Part shown: piece after piece, positions 48,550 to 58,523 of the stretch
How positions within the stretch are numbered: position 1 is the first letter of the stretch
Layout: the number at the start of each line of letters is the position of its first letter
From: an uncultured virus (IMG/VR IMGVR_UViG_3300021185_004515)
Lineage: Duplodnaviria > Heunggongvirae > Uroviricota > Caudoviricetes
Strand: one strand, 5' to 3'
Length of the DNA: 64,000 nt
IMG/VR virus record: IMGVR_UViG_3300021185_004515
Position numbers and translations under genes: made by a program
The notes under the pieces: model-generated
Seen by the model: the letters and a program-made list of their open reading frames with translations, nothing else
Databases searched by the model: none
What the model was told of the DNA's origin: nothing

Positions 48550-51500
48550 ATGACTCAGTGGACGCATGATGAATACATATCTCGTCTAAACGCTGACGCT
48601 GATGCTGCATACCTAATCGCTGATGCTGCCCGAGCCAAAGGATATGACCCACGAATCACAGTGGAAATACCTCAAGCGTTTGATTTGGCAGACCGATGCC
48701 AGAAATTACTGGAATTTTTACACCCTCGTAGAACTGCTGAACAGATTCGTGCGCTAACCGAATCACACGATGGAAACCGTGAAATGGTGGCTCTGGATAT
48801 TGCTAAAATCGTTACTGCGGAATCATGGTTGTATGGTATCAAAAATAAATGTGATTCTTGCGGTGGAGAAAAAGTCGTCAAAAAGGGAAGACGAACTGTG
48901 AGTTGTGATACTTGCGATGGAACTGGGATGATTCTGAACTACTCCGAAGATATTGAATTAGACTATGAAGAAACTCTGCAAAAATTCTCTGATAATGAGC
49001 GAATCATCAAAGACGACACTTTCGGAGCATTGTGTATCTATCATGGAGTGTGTGCAGGATTAGCAGTATTGACTGAAGGAATCTTAGTGGCTCCCTTAGA
49101 AGGTGTGGTATCGTGTCGTATTGTCATGAATGAAGACCGTAGCAAATCATTAGCCATCAACTTTGCAGGGCCTATCCGAAGTGCAGGTGGCACAGGTCAA
49201 GCCTTGTCGGTGCTGATTGGTGATATTATCCGTCGTGAGTTCGGGTTAGTCCCTCCTAAGATTACTTTTGAAGAGGCTGAACGATACAAAGAAGAAGTCA
49301 GTAAATATGCTCGTGGCCTACAATACCGACCTTCCAATCCACAATTGGAGATTATTGCTTACAACTGTCCTGTGTATATTGATGGTGAAGGTGTAGGTAA
49401 TGAAGTCTCAGGTCAGCGTGATTTACCTCGTGTTCCAACCAACAAAGTCCGAGAAGGGATGCTGCTGGTTATGTGTGAGGGTTTGGTATTGAAGGCTCCC
49501 AAGATTTTGAAATACACGGAAGCATTGGGATTCAAAGAATGGGATTGGCTAAAGCAATTTACCAGCAAGGGAGATTCGGATGCTAAGAAAGCATCTATTG
49601 AACCTAACTACAAATTCTTGGCCGATATTTTAGCAGGTCGTCCTATCTTTTCTCGCCCAATGGCTCGTGGTGGTTTCCGACTACGATATGGCCGTAGTAG
49701 ATTGGCAGGATTAGCCACTACTGCTATCCATCCAGCCTCTATGAGAGCCGTAGGTAGTTTCCTCATTGTTGGGACTCAAATGAAATATGAGCGTCCTGGA
49801 AAAGCCACTGTGGTAACTCCTTGCGATTCTATTGAAGGGCCATATGTAGAATTTACCGATGGTTCGGCTCGTCGCATACAAGAAATGGATGATTTGGAAG
49901 ATGCAGTCCCGACGGAAGAAGAATGGAATATTGCTCGTGTTTGGGATTTGGGAGAAATTCTGGTTCCTGTGGGTGAGTTCTTGGAAAATAACCATCCGTT
50001 AGCACCCAGCCCTTATGTTCACGAATGGCACGAGTTAGTTGTAAGTAAAGAAGAACTTACTTATCCAGAAACATTTTCTGAAGCATTAAATCAGTCCCAG
50101 AAATTTAATATCCCGATGGCTCCTGAGTATATTGCTCATTATAGTGACTTGCTTCCTGAAGAATTGCAGACTCTGTTGCAAGGTATGACAATCACTGATG
50201 GTCTGGCGCAAGTGGAGCCAGATGTATTAGAAATCATTTATCGGCTCAACATTGATGTTGATGTTAATCGGTGTTTATCTGGGGACAAATCGGAGTTACT
50301 TTTGAATCTCTGGAATTCAAAATCTCAATTGGATTTTAATTCTGACTCGGACGGTTCAGCATTGGGAGTTATCCGAAACTTTTACAATTTTCCAATTGAA
50401 AATCCTATTTCTATCCGTATCGGCGGGCGAATGGGAAAACCCGAAGGAAGCAAACTACGAGAAATGAAACCTCCGATTCATTGCAACTTCCCTGTGGGCT
50501 TCAATGTGGGTAGTCAAAGACTACTAAGAACTGCGGCTGACCAGCAAGAAGATGTAGAAACTGGGTGGCGTATGTGTGATGTTTGTGAGGAAGCAACTAT
50601 CTGGGGTGTTTGTTGTGGAGCCGAAACTCGTTTCGTCGGATTGAAGTGGGATAAGGTTGGAATTAAAGATTTGTATGAGTCGGCCTTGGAATCTGCGGCG
50701 ATTGCTGATGGAAAAATCAAAGGTGTAAAAGGAATCACCAGTTCGGAGAAAATCCCTGAGCATCCTCTCAAGGGTGTGTTAAGATACAAGCATGGAATTT
50801 CTATGTTCCGAGATGGAACAATTCGTTTTGACATGGTGGACATTACCATGACTCACTTCCGACCCAGAGAAATTGGGATGACAGTGGAACAAGCGCAAGA
50901 ATTAGGATATGACTGTTTAACTCTGGACGATGTTTTAGAGTTGAGACCACAAGATGTGGTGTTGCCTCAGAATTGCTCAGAGAAAATTCTGGCTACGGCA
51001 AATTATATGGATGACTTGTTAGGCTCTATGTATGAATTAGAGCCCTATTACAATTGTGATACGGTTAATGACTTGATTGGACATTATGTGATGGGTATTG
51101 CCCCTCACACCAGCGGAGCAATCTTGGCACGAATTATTGGGTTTGCTGATGTGAAAGGACATTATGGACATCATTATTATCACGCAGCCAAACGCCGTAA
51201 TTGTGATGGAGACATTGACGCAGTATTATTGTTGCTGGATGGATTGATTAACTTTAGTAAAAAATTCTTGCCAGGACACCGAGGCGGGCAAATGGATGCT
51301 CCCTTGATTTTAACTACCAAGATTGTGCCGTCCGAAATTGATAAGGAAGCCTTGAATGTAGAGATTGTAGACCACTATCCGTTGGAGTTCTATGAATTAA
51401 CTCAAGGCATTGAAGATGAAGACGGAGATTTGGTCCCACCACCTGCTAAAGCAGCCATAGCCGCAGGAGTAACCATTGTGGAGTCGGTGTTAGGCACAGA

Positions 51501-52077
51501 CTTGCAGTATGTCGGCCAGAAATTTACTCACGACACACGAGATTGCAGCGAAGGGCCAGCCAACAACCCTTACAACACTCTGGACTCTATGCGACAGAAA
51601 ACCATGGCTCAATTTGCTTTAGGAGATTGCTTGCAATCAGTAGATAATAAAGAACAGTCCTCCCGATTGATTCAACGACACTTGATTCGGGATATGAGGG
51701 GTAATCTCAGAGCCTATGGGCAACAAAAAGTCCGTTGTCCTAAGTGCGGTGGTAAATACCGTCGTCCACCTATTTCGGGTCGCTGTATGACTATTCTGGA
51801 AACTAAACAGAATCCATTTTCGGGCGAAACTGAGCAGATTTATTGTGATGGTAAAATTATTCTGACGGTGACGCATGGTTCAGTGGCTAAGTATGATAAA
51901 CTCATGGCTGAATTAGTGAATCGCTACGGGGCTGATGATTATACCGCAGGATTGTATGAGCAAGTTAGTCGCTGGGTAAAAGATACCTTTGAAGATAAAA
52001 ATATTCTGAGTCAATCAAAATTACCATTACCTGAGAGCGATTCATCCGAAGGTTCAAATAGCAGCAAAACCAAATAA
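48550..52077 (+). CDS. polC: DNA polymerase D large subunit (DP2)
   Basis: ARAKGYDP, LAVLTEG..VAPLEG, FAGPIRSAGGT, GGFRLRYGRSR, IGGRMGKPE, DGTIRFD, HAAKRRNCDGD, GGQMDAPL, C-terminal Zn finger; start set 29 nt after the promoter. Confidence 0.97.
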   Translation: MTQWTHDEYISRLNADADAAYLIADAARAKGYDPRITVEIPQAFDLADRCQKLLEFLHPRRTAEQIRALTESHDGNREMVALDIAKIVTAESWLYGIKNKCDSCGGEKVVKKGRRTVSCDTCDGTGMILNYSEDIELDYEETLQKFSDNERIIKDDTFGALCIYHGVCAGLAVLTEGILVAPLEGVVSCRIVMNEDRSKSLAINFAGPIRSAGGTGQALSVLIGDIIRREFGLVPPKITFEEAERYKEEVSKYARGLQYRPSNPQLEIIAYNCPVYIDGEGVGNEVSGQRDLPRVPTNKVREGMLLVMCEGLVLKAPKILKYTEALGFKEWDWLKQFTSKGDSDAKKASIEPNYKFLADILAGRPIFSRPMARGGFRLRYGRSRLAGLATTAIHPASMRAVGSFLIVGTQMKYERPGKATVVTPCDSIEGPYVEFTDGSARRIQEMDDLEDAVPTEEEWNIARVWDLGEILVPVGEFLENNHPLAPSPYVHEWHELVVSKEELTYPETFSEALNQSQKFNIPMAPEYIAHYSDLLPEELQTLLQGMTITDGLAQVEPDVLEIIYRLNIDVDVNRCLSGDKSELLLNLWNSKSQLDFNSDSDGSALGVIRNFYNFPIENPISIRIGGRMGKPEGSKLREMKPPIHCNFPVGFNVGSQRLLRTAADQQEDVETGWRMCDVCEEATIWGVCCGAETRFVGLKWDKVGIKDLYESALESAAIADGKIKGVKGITSSEKIPEHPLKGVLRYKHGISMFRDGTIRFDMVDITMTHFRPREIGMTVEQAQELGYDCLTLDDVLELRPQDVVLPQNCSEKILATANYMDDLLGSMYELEPYYNCDTVNDLIGHYVMGIAPHTSGAILARIIGFADVKGHYGHHYYHAAKRRNCDGDIDAVLLLLDGLINFSKKFLPGHRGGQMDAPLILTTKIVPSEIDKEALNVEIVDHYPLEFYELTQGIEDEDGDLVPPPAKAAIAAGVTIVESVLGTDLQYVGQKFTHDTRDCSEGPANNPYNTLDSMRQKTMAQFALGDCLQSVDNKEQSSRLIQRHLIRDMRGNLRAYGQQKVRCPKCGGKYRRPPISGRCMTILETKQNPFSGETEQIYCDGKIILTVTHGSVAKYDKLMAELVNRYGADDYTAGLYEQVSRWVKDTFEDKNILSQSKLPLPESDSSEGSNSSKTK

Positions 52078-52082
52078 ACACT

Positions 52083-52328
52083 ATGTCAGAATTGCCCGAC
52101 GATATATCTGTCGGAAACAACGATTCACCTGATGTGGTAGAAGACATTACCATGCAAATGATGTTCTCAAAAATATCTGAGGTTTTGGAAATGAATGATT
52201 TGTTGCATTCGGAAATGACTGAAATCAAGAAAACCCTCAAAGCCATTGTAGAGGTTGCTAAAGCGGCTACTGAAGAGAAAAAACCTGCGGCTTTCAAGGA
52301 TGATACCAATAATTCTATGTATGGTTAA
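52083..52328 (+). CDS. Small coiled-coil protein
   Basis: TTCAAATAGCAG 30 nt upstream. Confidence 0.65.
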   Translation: MSELPDDISVGNNDSPDVVEDITMQMMFSKISEVLEMNDLLHSEMTEIKKTLKAIVEVAKAATEEKKPAAFKDDTNNSMYG

Positions 52329-52666
52329 TCTCGCATCAGCGGAGATTCTCGGACAGTATCTACCATCACTTGTAGTGGAGCGGTGGGAGTTACCTGTATG
52401 CCATCCATTTCTATCCCTACATTGGCTGCGGCACCGATAATAGTTTCTAATGATTCAATAATCAGCCGAATACCTTGACGATATGCCGCTAACTGCCCTT
52501 CAGCGGCTTGTTGTATCTGTTCTATATCTCCTAATATATTATCCAGACCTTGTTCGGTTCCACTAATGGCAGAGGAGATAGCCAGTTTTAGCATCTGATT
52601 TTCCGATTCTAATCTTTCAATCTCGGCACTGGTTACTAACCAATTGATAGGAGTAGGGAGTGACAA
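52325..52666 (-). CDS. Coiled-coil protein with N-terminal PINW
   Basis: MSLPTPINWLVTSAE; GGAGG SD before TTG. Confidence 0.7.
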   Translation of the reverse strand: MSLPTPINWLVTSAEIERLESENQMLKLAISSAISGTEQGLDNILGDIEQIQQAAEGQLAAYRQGIRLIIESLETIIGAAANVGIEMDGIQVTPTAPLQVMVDTVRESPLMRD

Positions 52667-52668
52667 TT

Positions 52669-52920
52669 CTAAGCCTCCAGACCCAAACCTGACATTTCAT
52701 CAATTACTTCTTCAGAGGGGGTGTTTTCTAAATAGAGATTCTCATATTCGGAATTGGAAGTTTTCTTCTCATAAGCCATATCTGCACCTCCCAATAACAA
52801 AAGTGTTAGGCCAGCCGTAGAAACTGAGGGGCTGCTGTTGGAATAGGTAGTAAAAGACAAAATTCGCCCTGCTACTAACATGACGGCTCCGAGCCCAATG
52901 ATTTTAGAACCATCTATCAT
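52669..52920 (-). CDS. Small two-TM protein
   Basis: Hydrophobic segments; TTAAATAACAG 29 nt upstream. Confidence 0.7.
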   Translation of the reverse strand: MIDGSKIIGLGAVMLVAGRILSFTTYSNSSPSVSTAGLTLLLLGGADMAYEKKTSNSEYENLYLENTPSEEVIDEMSGLGLEA

Positions 52921-52953
52921 GGTTAATATGGGTCGCTACTGTTATTTAAGTTC

Positions 52954-53124
52954 TTACTCGTCTGCTTTGGTTTCGGGGTTCAAGACAGCCTCGGAAAGAT
53001 GGGGTGTAATTTGTTCCAAAATACCGCTAACAATCAGGATAGCAGACCGACCTGCCAGATTGACATTATCCAGCAAGTTGTAAAGAAACTCGCACTGTTG
53101 AGTGGTGAGCGTTACTTCGGGCAT
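52954..53124 (-). CDS. Small protein (56 aa), possible fibre chaperone
   Basis: Hand-translated MPEVTLTTQQCEFLYNLL...; TTAAATAGGTA 29 nt upstream; follows the fibre genes. Confidence 0.6.
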   Translation of the reverse strand: MPEVTLTTQQCEFLYNLLDNVNLAGRSAILIVSGILEQITPHLSEAVLNPETKADE

Positions 53125-53159
53125 AGTTATTCACTACGGTTCTACCTATTTAACCCTTA

Positions 53160-53855
53160 TCATGCTAACAATCCGTATTGTTGGAGTGCGGTAATGATTG
53201 AATTGAGTGAGGATTGGATGTCATTGAAGTTCCCGTCAGCAGTTGCAGATAAGGCAGCCAAACTTGAGGGGTCGGTTGGATTGGCACCATATGGATTTGC
53301 GTTTTGTTGCGCCACAGGGGTTGTTCCCATAAATCCTAATGTGCTGGATGGGTCTACTCCGACGGACAAATTGCCTGTGACTGTCATAGTTGTGCCGTCA
53401 AAAGTCAAATTGGCTTCTCCTTGTAGGGCGTTAGCACCTGTGACGGTGGAAATGGTATTGTTGGTGCTGCCTGAAAGTGTCACACCTCCTCCTGTCCCAC
53501 TTGAAGCGGCAGTTATCCTTCCTTTTTGATTTACAGTAACGGTGGCGTTGGTATAAACTCCTGGTGTAACTGCGGTATCGGTAAGAGCAATAGTTCCTGT
53601 GGTAGTAACTGGGCCTCCTTGTAATCCGACTCCTGTGGCTACTTCGGTAACTGTTCCTGAGCCACCTCCACCTCCGCTGGATGAAATTACAACTGTGTTG
53701 CTGGTAGTTCCATTAAGTGTGATTCCTGCTCCTGCGACTAAATTTAGAGTCGGGTCAGGAGTAATCGTGGTTTGACCTGAAACAGTTCCGCCATCAGCAG
53801 ATGTCTTGATAGTTGGACTTCCTGCCCCGCCTTGTCCTGAATAACCATTTGCCAT
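53160..53855 (-). CDS. Fibre/spike-like structural protein
   Basis: GTVTEVATGVGLQGG..TTTGTIAL...GRITAA repeat; C-terminal IITALQQYGLLA. Confidence 0.8.
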   Translation of the reverse strand: MANGYSGQGGAGSPTIKTSADGGTVSGQTTITPDPTLNLVAGAGITLNGTTSNTVVISSSGGGGGSGTVTEVATGVGLQGGPVTTTGTIALTDTAVTPGVYTNATVTVNQKGRITAASSGTGGGVTLSGSTNNTISTVTGANALQGEANLTFDGTTMTVTGNLSVGVDPSSTLGFMGTTPVAQQNANPYGANPTDPSSLAALSATADGNFNDIQSSLNSIITALQQYGLLA

Positions 53856-53899
53856 AATAAATATTGGGCTGTGCTGCTATATCAATCTTATCATTTACT

Positions 53900-55072
53900 T
53901 CACTGATAAACAGGAATATACATCGGACCCATTCCTATATCAATTTGTATCCAACCTGCGGGATTCAAAGGAGCAGGTTGTTCCCAATCGGGTAAGGCTG
54001 GAACAGGTGTTGGTGGAGCCGCTGGCGGAACGAAAGTTCCATTAAGATAGGCTACATCTTGCAGGTTGCTGGCCGAACTAATATCACCGTTTCCATTTGA
54101 AACCAAAACCGCATTCGTGGAATTGGTTTGACGGATGGTGCCTGAAACATGAAGTTTGGTTGATGGGTCGCTGGAGCCTAATCCAATACCGACATTTCCG
54201 CCACTTGTAATTCTAAAAATGGTATCGCTGGCTCCAACAAACCCTGAAGAACCATCACCATAAGAAATATCAAAAGGTCCGTTAGGTGGGTCCACATTGT
54301 TTCCATCTCTTTGTTGCATTTGCCACCTAAAGGCTTCTACTGGTTCGCCACCCCCGAACTCATTGTTTTGCATCATTATTCCGCCGTAGAAATTGAAAAG
54401 AATGTTGGCTTCATTGGTTTCAAAGCGAGAAAGTGGTATGGTCGGGTCTTGCGTAGTGTTGCTAACATGAAGATTGTGCGAGGGAGTAGCCGTTCCGATA
54501 CCAAGTCGGTTATTGGTATTATCCCAATACAATTCTCCGTTGTCTTGTGCAAGATTTGTTCCAGCATCTACGAATAAAATTGAACCCGAGGTTCCGCTAC
54601 CGACGGCATCACCAATAGAGATTCCACCTCCGCCTCCACCCGAACCATCTGCTGCGGCAGTAATTCTTCCTTGAGCATCCACGGTAATGTCAGCACTTGT
54701 ATAACTTCCTGCGGTAACCGCAGTATTGGCTAAGGCAATAGTTCCGCTTGAAGTAATAGTTCCTCCATCTAAACCTGTTCCTGCGGCAATCTGTGTGACA
54801 GTTCCTGCATTAGCAGTATATCCTGCGTCATTGGCAAGAAGTGAAACGGGATTTCCAGGTTGCACGGCAGTATCGGCTACACCTCCTTGTGCAGCAGTGG
54901 CAAAATCTCCTGTGTCGGCTTGAGCAGCACTTCCGAGAGTTATGCCATCAAGTTGATTTAACTCCGCAGCAGAACTGGTAACCGCAGCGTTATTGATAAA
55001 TAATTTATTAGAACCTACCTTGACCTCATCAGATGCCGTCACATCTTTAACACGGAATGGTTGTTCACCCAT
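53900..55072 (-). CDS. Fibre/spike-like structural protein
   Basis: AAELNQLDG, GTVTQIAAGTGLDGG, WDNTNNRLGIGT..P...LHV, GNVGIG...P..KLHV. Confidence 0.85.
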   Translation of the reverse strand: MGEQPFRVKDVTASDEVKVGSNKLFINNAAVTSSAAELNQLDGITLGSAAQADTGDFATAAQGGVADTAVQPGNPVSLLANDAGYTANAGTVTQIAAGTGLDGGTITSSGTIALANTAVTAGSYTSADITVDAQGRITAAADGSGGGGGGISIGDAVGSGTSGSILFVDAGTNLAQDNGELYWDNTNNRLGIGTATPSHNLHVSNTTQDPTIPLSRFETNEANILFNFYGGIMMQNNEFGGGEPVEAFRWQMQQRDGNNVDPPNGPFDISYGDGSSGFVGASDTIFRITSGGNVGIGLGSSDPSTKLHVSGTIRQTNSTNAVLVSNGNGDISSASNLQDVAYLNGTFVPPAAPPTPVPALPDWEQPAPLNPAGWIQIDIGMGPMYIPVYQ

Positions 55073-55112
55073 ATAATTTATGGGTGGTTGCTACTATTTG
55101 AATGTTAGGTTA

Positions 55113-56126
55113 TCAAGCAATAGTCTGCCGCATAAATCGGACAGTTAGATTGTTTGACCCTGTGCGAGTCAATTGAACGGCTGGACTGGCTGCGGAGGTG
55201 ACATTTACGGTGAACAAAGGTGCTGCGCTGGTAAATACATCAGCAAAAGGAACGAAACTACTGGCTGCACCATCGGCAGTAACTAATAATTCGGTGGTTT
55301 GTGATTCTGAGGTGGTGGCATCAAAGGCAGTAATCACATATTTAGCACCCTTGTATGCCGAACCTGCAAAAGTGTCAATAGAGGTAGCCGAACCTGACGA
55401 AATTGTAGTGGTGTTGCTCTTGAAAGCACCATAGACTGAACCTCCTGCACCGATTTGTAATAATTCGTTAGTGGTATCAATATTAAATGAGGCATCTACG
55501 GAGAATCCTCCGCCACCATCTGATAGCAAAATATCTCCTGCGGCTCCAGGTGTTGAGGCTCCTGCATCAGTTTCCCAAGTTACAGTTCCTGCACCATCGG
55601 TCTTTAGCACTTGATTAGCAGAACCGTCTGTGACAGGTAGGGCAAATGCACCAATAGTGAAATCTGTGGCTCCTGAATAATCCATGGCTCCTGAAACTGT
55701 TGAGCCTCCTGTTCCAGTTAATGCTCCTGCTCCAGCAGACACACCGACACCAGCAATTTGTCCCGATGCTGTAATGGTGGTGGCTCCTGTGATTGCACCG
55801 CCCGTAATGTTGAGTTGTCCATCAGTAAGGCTTCCACCAATAATTGCGCCCGAAGCATTGACTGAAACGGCATTGGTGATACTTCCTGCATTTATAGTGA
55901 GAGTCCCGTCGGTGAAACTACCACCAGTAATTGCTCCTGAAGCATTGACAGTAGTGGCTCCTGCGATTGCACCTGCATTAACAAGACCTCCTGCACTTGC
56001 ATCTAATCCTGCACCTGTAATCAAACCAGTGGCTGTAATGGTGGTGGCACCTGCGATGGCACCGCCCGAACCAATAGTAATTGTTCCATCGGTGGCTTGG
56101 GTAAAGCGGAACGCTTGTTGTGCCAT
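55113..56126 (-). CDS. Fibre-like structural protein
   Basis: GAI.GATT repeats, LP..DGSANQVLKTDGAG; C-terminal Y...KY.I.......Q..ELL domain. Confidence 0.85.
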   Translation of the reverse strand: MAQQAFRFTQATDGTITIGSGGAIAGATTITATGLITGAGLDASAGGLVNAGAIAGATTVNASGAITGGSFTDGTLTINAGSITNAVSVNASGAIIGGSLTDGQLNITGGAITGATTITASGQIAGVGVSAGAGALTGTGGSTVSGAMDYSGATDFTIGAFALPVTDGSANQVLKTDGAGTVTWETDAGASTPGAAGDILLSDGGGGFSVDASFNIDTTNELLQIGAGGSVYGAFKSNTTTISSGSATSIDTFAGSAYKGAKYVITAFDATTSESQTTELLVTADGAASSFVPFADVFTSAAPLFTVNVTSAASPAVQLTRTGSNNLTVRFMRQTIA

Positions 56127-56161
56127 ATACTACTATTCTGGTTTTTGTTATATAAACTTGT

Positions 56162-56821
56162 CTAACTAAGCAACGACCGAATTACTTTAACGGTGTGGTT
56201 GTTGGCAGAGCCTGGGGTGAATTGTAAAACAAAATTAGCCCCAGAAATTACACCATTAAAACTTCCTAATGGTGCATCGCTAAAGATGGTGCCATATTCT
56301 ACTACATATCCTGTGGTTCCATCATGAACGCCCAATAATTCTGAGGTCTGATATTCTCCTGCGGTGGTGTCGGCTACTTGAATAATGTATTTTACTGAGC
56401 GATAACTGCCAAAGCCCCAAGAATCTATGTTGGAAACTGCGGCTCCCGTAGTGGTTTGAGAACGAGTAGTGAGATTCATATCATTGATAGATAGGCTCCC
56501 TGAGCCTGTGATGCTTAAAATGTTGCTGGTGGCATCAAAAGAAAAGTCATTTTTGCCCCCAATAGTATCTAATGCTGTGGCGTAGGCCACTTGTGTGGGT
56601 TGAATAGTGCCTCCAATTGAGCCACCTCCACCTCCGCCTCCTGACGATTGAATAGTAATGGTGTTAGGGTCACTTCCTGTGAGAGTAATATTAGACCCTG
56701 CTACCAAGTTAATTTCTTGTGAGCCATCTAAGGTTGTATCTCCTGCAACAGCACCAGCACCTGCTGATAAATTGATTTGAGGACGACCTGCAAATCCTGT
56801 CCCAGAAAACTTTTCAGCCAT
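56162..56821 (-). CDS. Fibre-like structural protein
   Basis: NLVAG..ITL.G shared with 53160-53855; C-terminal domain shared with 55113-56126. Confidence 0.8.
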   Translation of the reverse strand: MAEKFSGTGFAGRPQINLSAGAGAVAGDTTLDGSQEINLVAGSNITLTGSDPNTITIQSSGGGGGGGSIGGTIQPTQVAYATALDTIGGKNDFSFDATSNILSITGSGSLSINDMNLTTRSQTTTGAAVSNIDSWGFGSYRSVKYIIQVADTTAGEYQTSELLGVHDGTTGYVVEYGTIFSDAPLGSFNGVISGANFVLQFTPGSANNHTVKVIRSLLS

Positions 56822-56838
56822 AGTGGGTCACCATACTA

Positions 56839-57783
56839 TCAGACACCGCCCTCTAAGGCTTGTCGTCCAGTATCAGTGAATCCTGTTTGTTGCTCAGACC
56901 ATCCAACGAACACTGCTTGAACATTGCCTGTAAGGGTATCAACACCTGCAACTGCACCAGTATTGATAACACGGAATACAACTTGCTTTTCTACCACCAG
57001 AGGAATTTCAAACTTCCATTGGTCGGATTGTGGAACAACTACGCTCCATTGGAAATCGTCCCATTCAAAAAGTAGTTCTCCGTCTACCCAGATTTGATAC
57101 CTAACGGTTGAAGCACCATTAGTAGTAGGTTCTGTGTGTCCAAAGCGAGAAACTAAATATAGTTCATTCTTACGACCTGCTTCAGTGGCCGTGGAAGTTC
57201 CTGTGGTGGTAATTCCTGTGAACAAACCTCCGCCGCTACGAGCCCCAGAAGGAGTTCCTACGGAGTTCGGAGTAAAGACCTGACCACCAACTGAAGTGGA
57301 TGCAGTAGACGGAAAGGTTGGAACGGTAGAATCAGGAAGTGCAGATGCAGCAGGTGAGCCGCCGACCCAACTTTGAGTTCCCAAGACACGAGCATCATTG
57401 ACATTGATAACTACGGCATCAATATATTCTCCAGCATCTAAAAATCCTCCTGCTAATCCTGTGAGAGAAACTACTTGGCGTTGAATAACATTCGCAGAAT
57501 TGCTTTTCGGAACCAAATGCCACGGATAATTCTCTGAATTGACATTGTTAGGGTGCAACATCAGATTTTCCATAGCGGGGCGAACTGGACGCTTATAGGT
57601 TGAAGGGTCAATTCCAACTCGCTGCGGAGAGGTAGCAACCGAAGTTTCGGTGCTGTATGAAGAATAAGGAACAGGAGTTGAATTAACTGCATCTCCTTTC
57701 AGTGAATATCCTGTTTGGAAAGCCTTCTTACGGTAGGCTCGTTTGAGCCCACGGATGTTATCGTTGGTATCTCCTGACGGCAT
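56839..57783 (-). CDS. Beta-rich putative structural protein
   Basis: S/T/G-rich linker; C-terminal beta-sandwich-like pattern. Confidence 0.75.
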   Translation of the reverse strand: MPSGDTNDNIRGLKRAYRKKAFQTGYSLKGDAVNSTPVPYSSYSTETSVATSPQRVGIDPSTYKRPVRPAMENLMLHPNNVNSENYPWHLVPKSNSANVIQRQVVSLTGLAGGFLDAGEYIDAVVINVNDARVLGTQSWVGGSPAASALPDSTVPTFPSTASTSVGGQVFTPNSVGTPSGARSGGGLFTGITTTGTSTATEAGRKNELYLVSRFGHTEPTTNGASTVRYQIWVDGELLFEWDDFQWSVVVPQSDQWKFEIPLVVEKQVVFRVINTGAVAGVDTLTGNVQAVFVGWSEQQTGFTDTGRQALEGGV

Positions 57784-57797
57784 GAAATCACCTATAA

Positions 57798-58523
57798 TTA
57801 CTTTTGGTCCTTCCTGTTATTTAAGGTTAAGCCAAGTTTGGGAGCCATTTTTTGTGCTTCCCGTTGTTCTTTCCAGTATTGTGTAGATGTGGCTAAATAC
57901 CACTCCCAAGAACTGGTGTCTAATCCACGACTCAATAATAGTTGTCTGCGGAACCACTCTACATTATCTACACTTACTTCAATACCCAGCGATAGCAATT
58001 GCTCACAAATCAAAGCATCAGAGCCTGAAAAAGTCCAATATTGAACAAAAACACGAGCCGCAGGTCTGGAGAGAGCCCAAGTTCCTGTGGGATATTCATT
58101 CAGGATGGCATATCGGATGTCCCAAGTTTGAAACGGTCTGACATAAACATCTGGTTGCAGCAAATAACCATAGTTAGAGGTTAAATCTTTGGGAAATGCT
58201 GATGAATCTCCTGAAACGCCCCAAGATTTGATGTTTTCAGGGTTTTGATAATAATGTGTGCTGTTGATTACTATCTGAACAAAGCCATTGGGCCGCCATT
58301 GTAGAATATTTCCCAGAGTTACTAATGGTGCGGCTGAAATTCCTGGGGTGCTTCCAAAATCATCTATCACAACGAAATGGTCTTCTCGGACCATGGCTGT
58401 TTCGGTAATCTCATTACCATAGCCGCTGGTAAAGATAGAAAATTGGTTGGCAGGATTAGGTAGGTTACTTCCGTCTGCCGCAGGAATTAGTTCCCACAAA
58501 TATATTTGTTTGCGAATCATCAA
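57798..58523 (-). CDS. Putative structural protein, paralog of 58520-59290
   Basis: Shared RxQxYxW, FxVID, YVxPxQTW, GSDALI. Confidence 0.8.
   Translation of the reverse strand: MMIRKQIYLWELIPAADGSNLPNPANQFSIFTSGYGNEITETAMVREDHFVVIDDFGSTPGISAAPLVTLGNILQWRPNGFVQIVINSTHYYQNPENIKSWGVSGDSSAFPKDLTSNYGYLLQPDVYVRPFQTWDIRYAILNEYPTGTWALSRPAARVFVQYWTFSGSDALICEQLLSLGIEVSVDNVEWFRRQLLLSRGLDTSSWEWYLATSTQYWKEQREAQKMAPKLGLTLNNRKDQK

Noticed and set aside
48550..52077. Intein in DP2
   Set aside because: RRNCDGD is contiguous at the usual insertion site and no Hint or LAGLIDADG motifs were seen.
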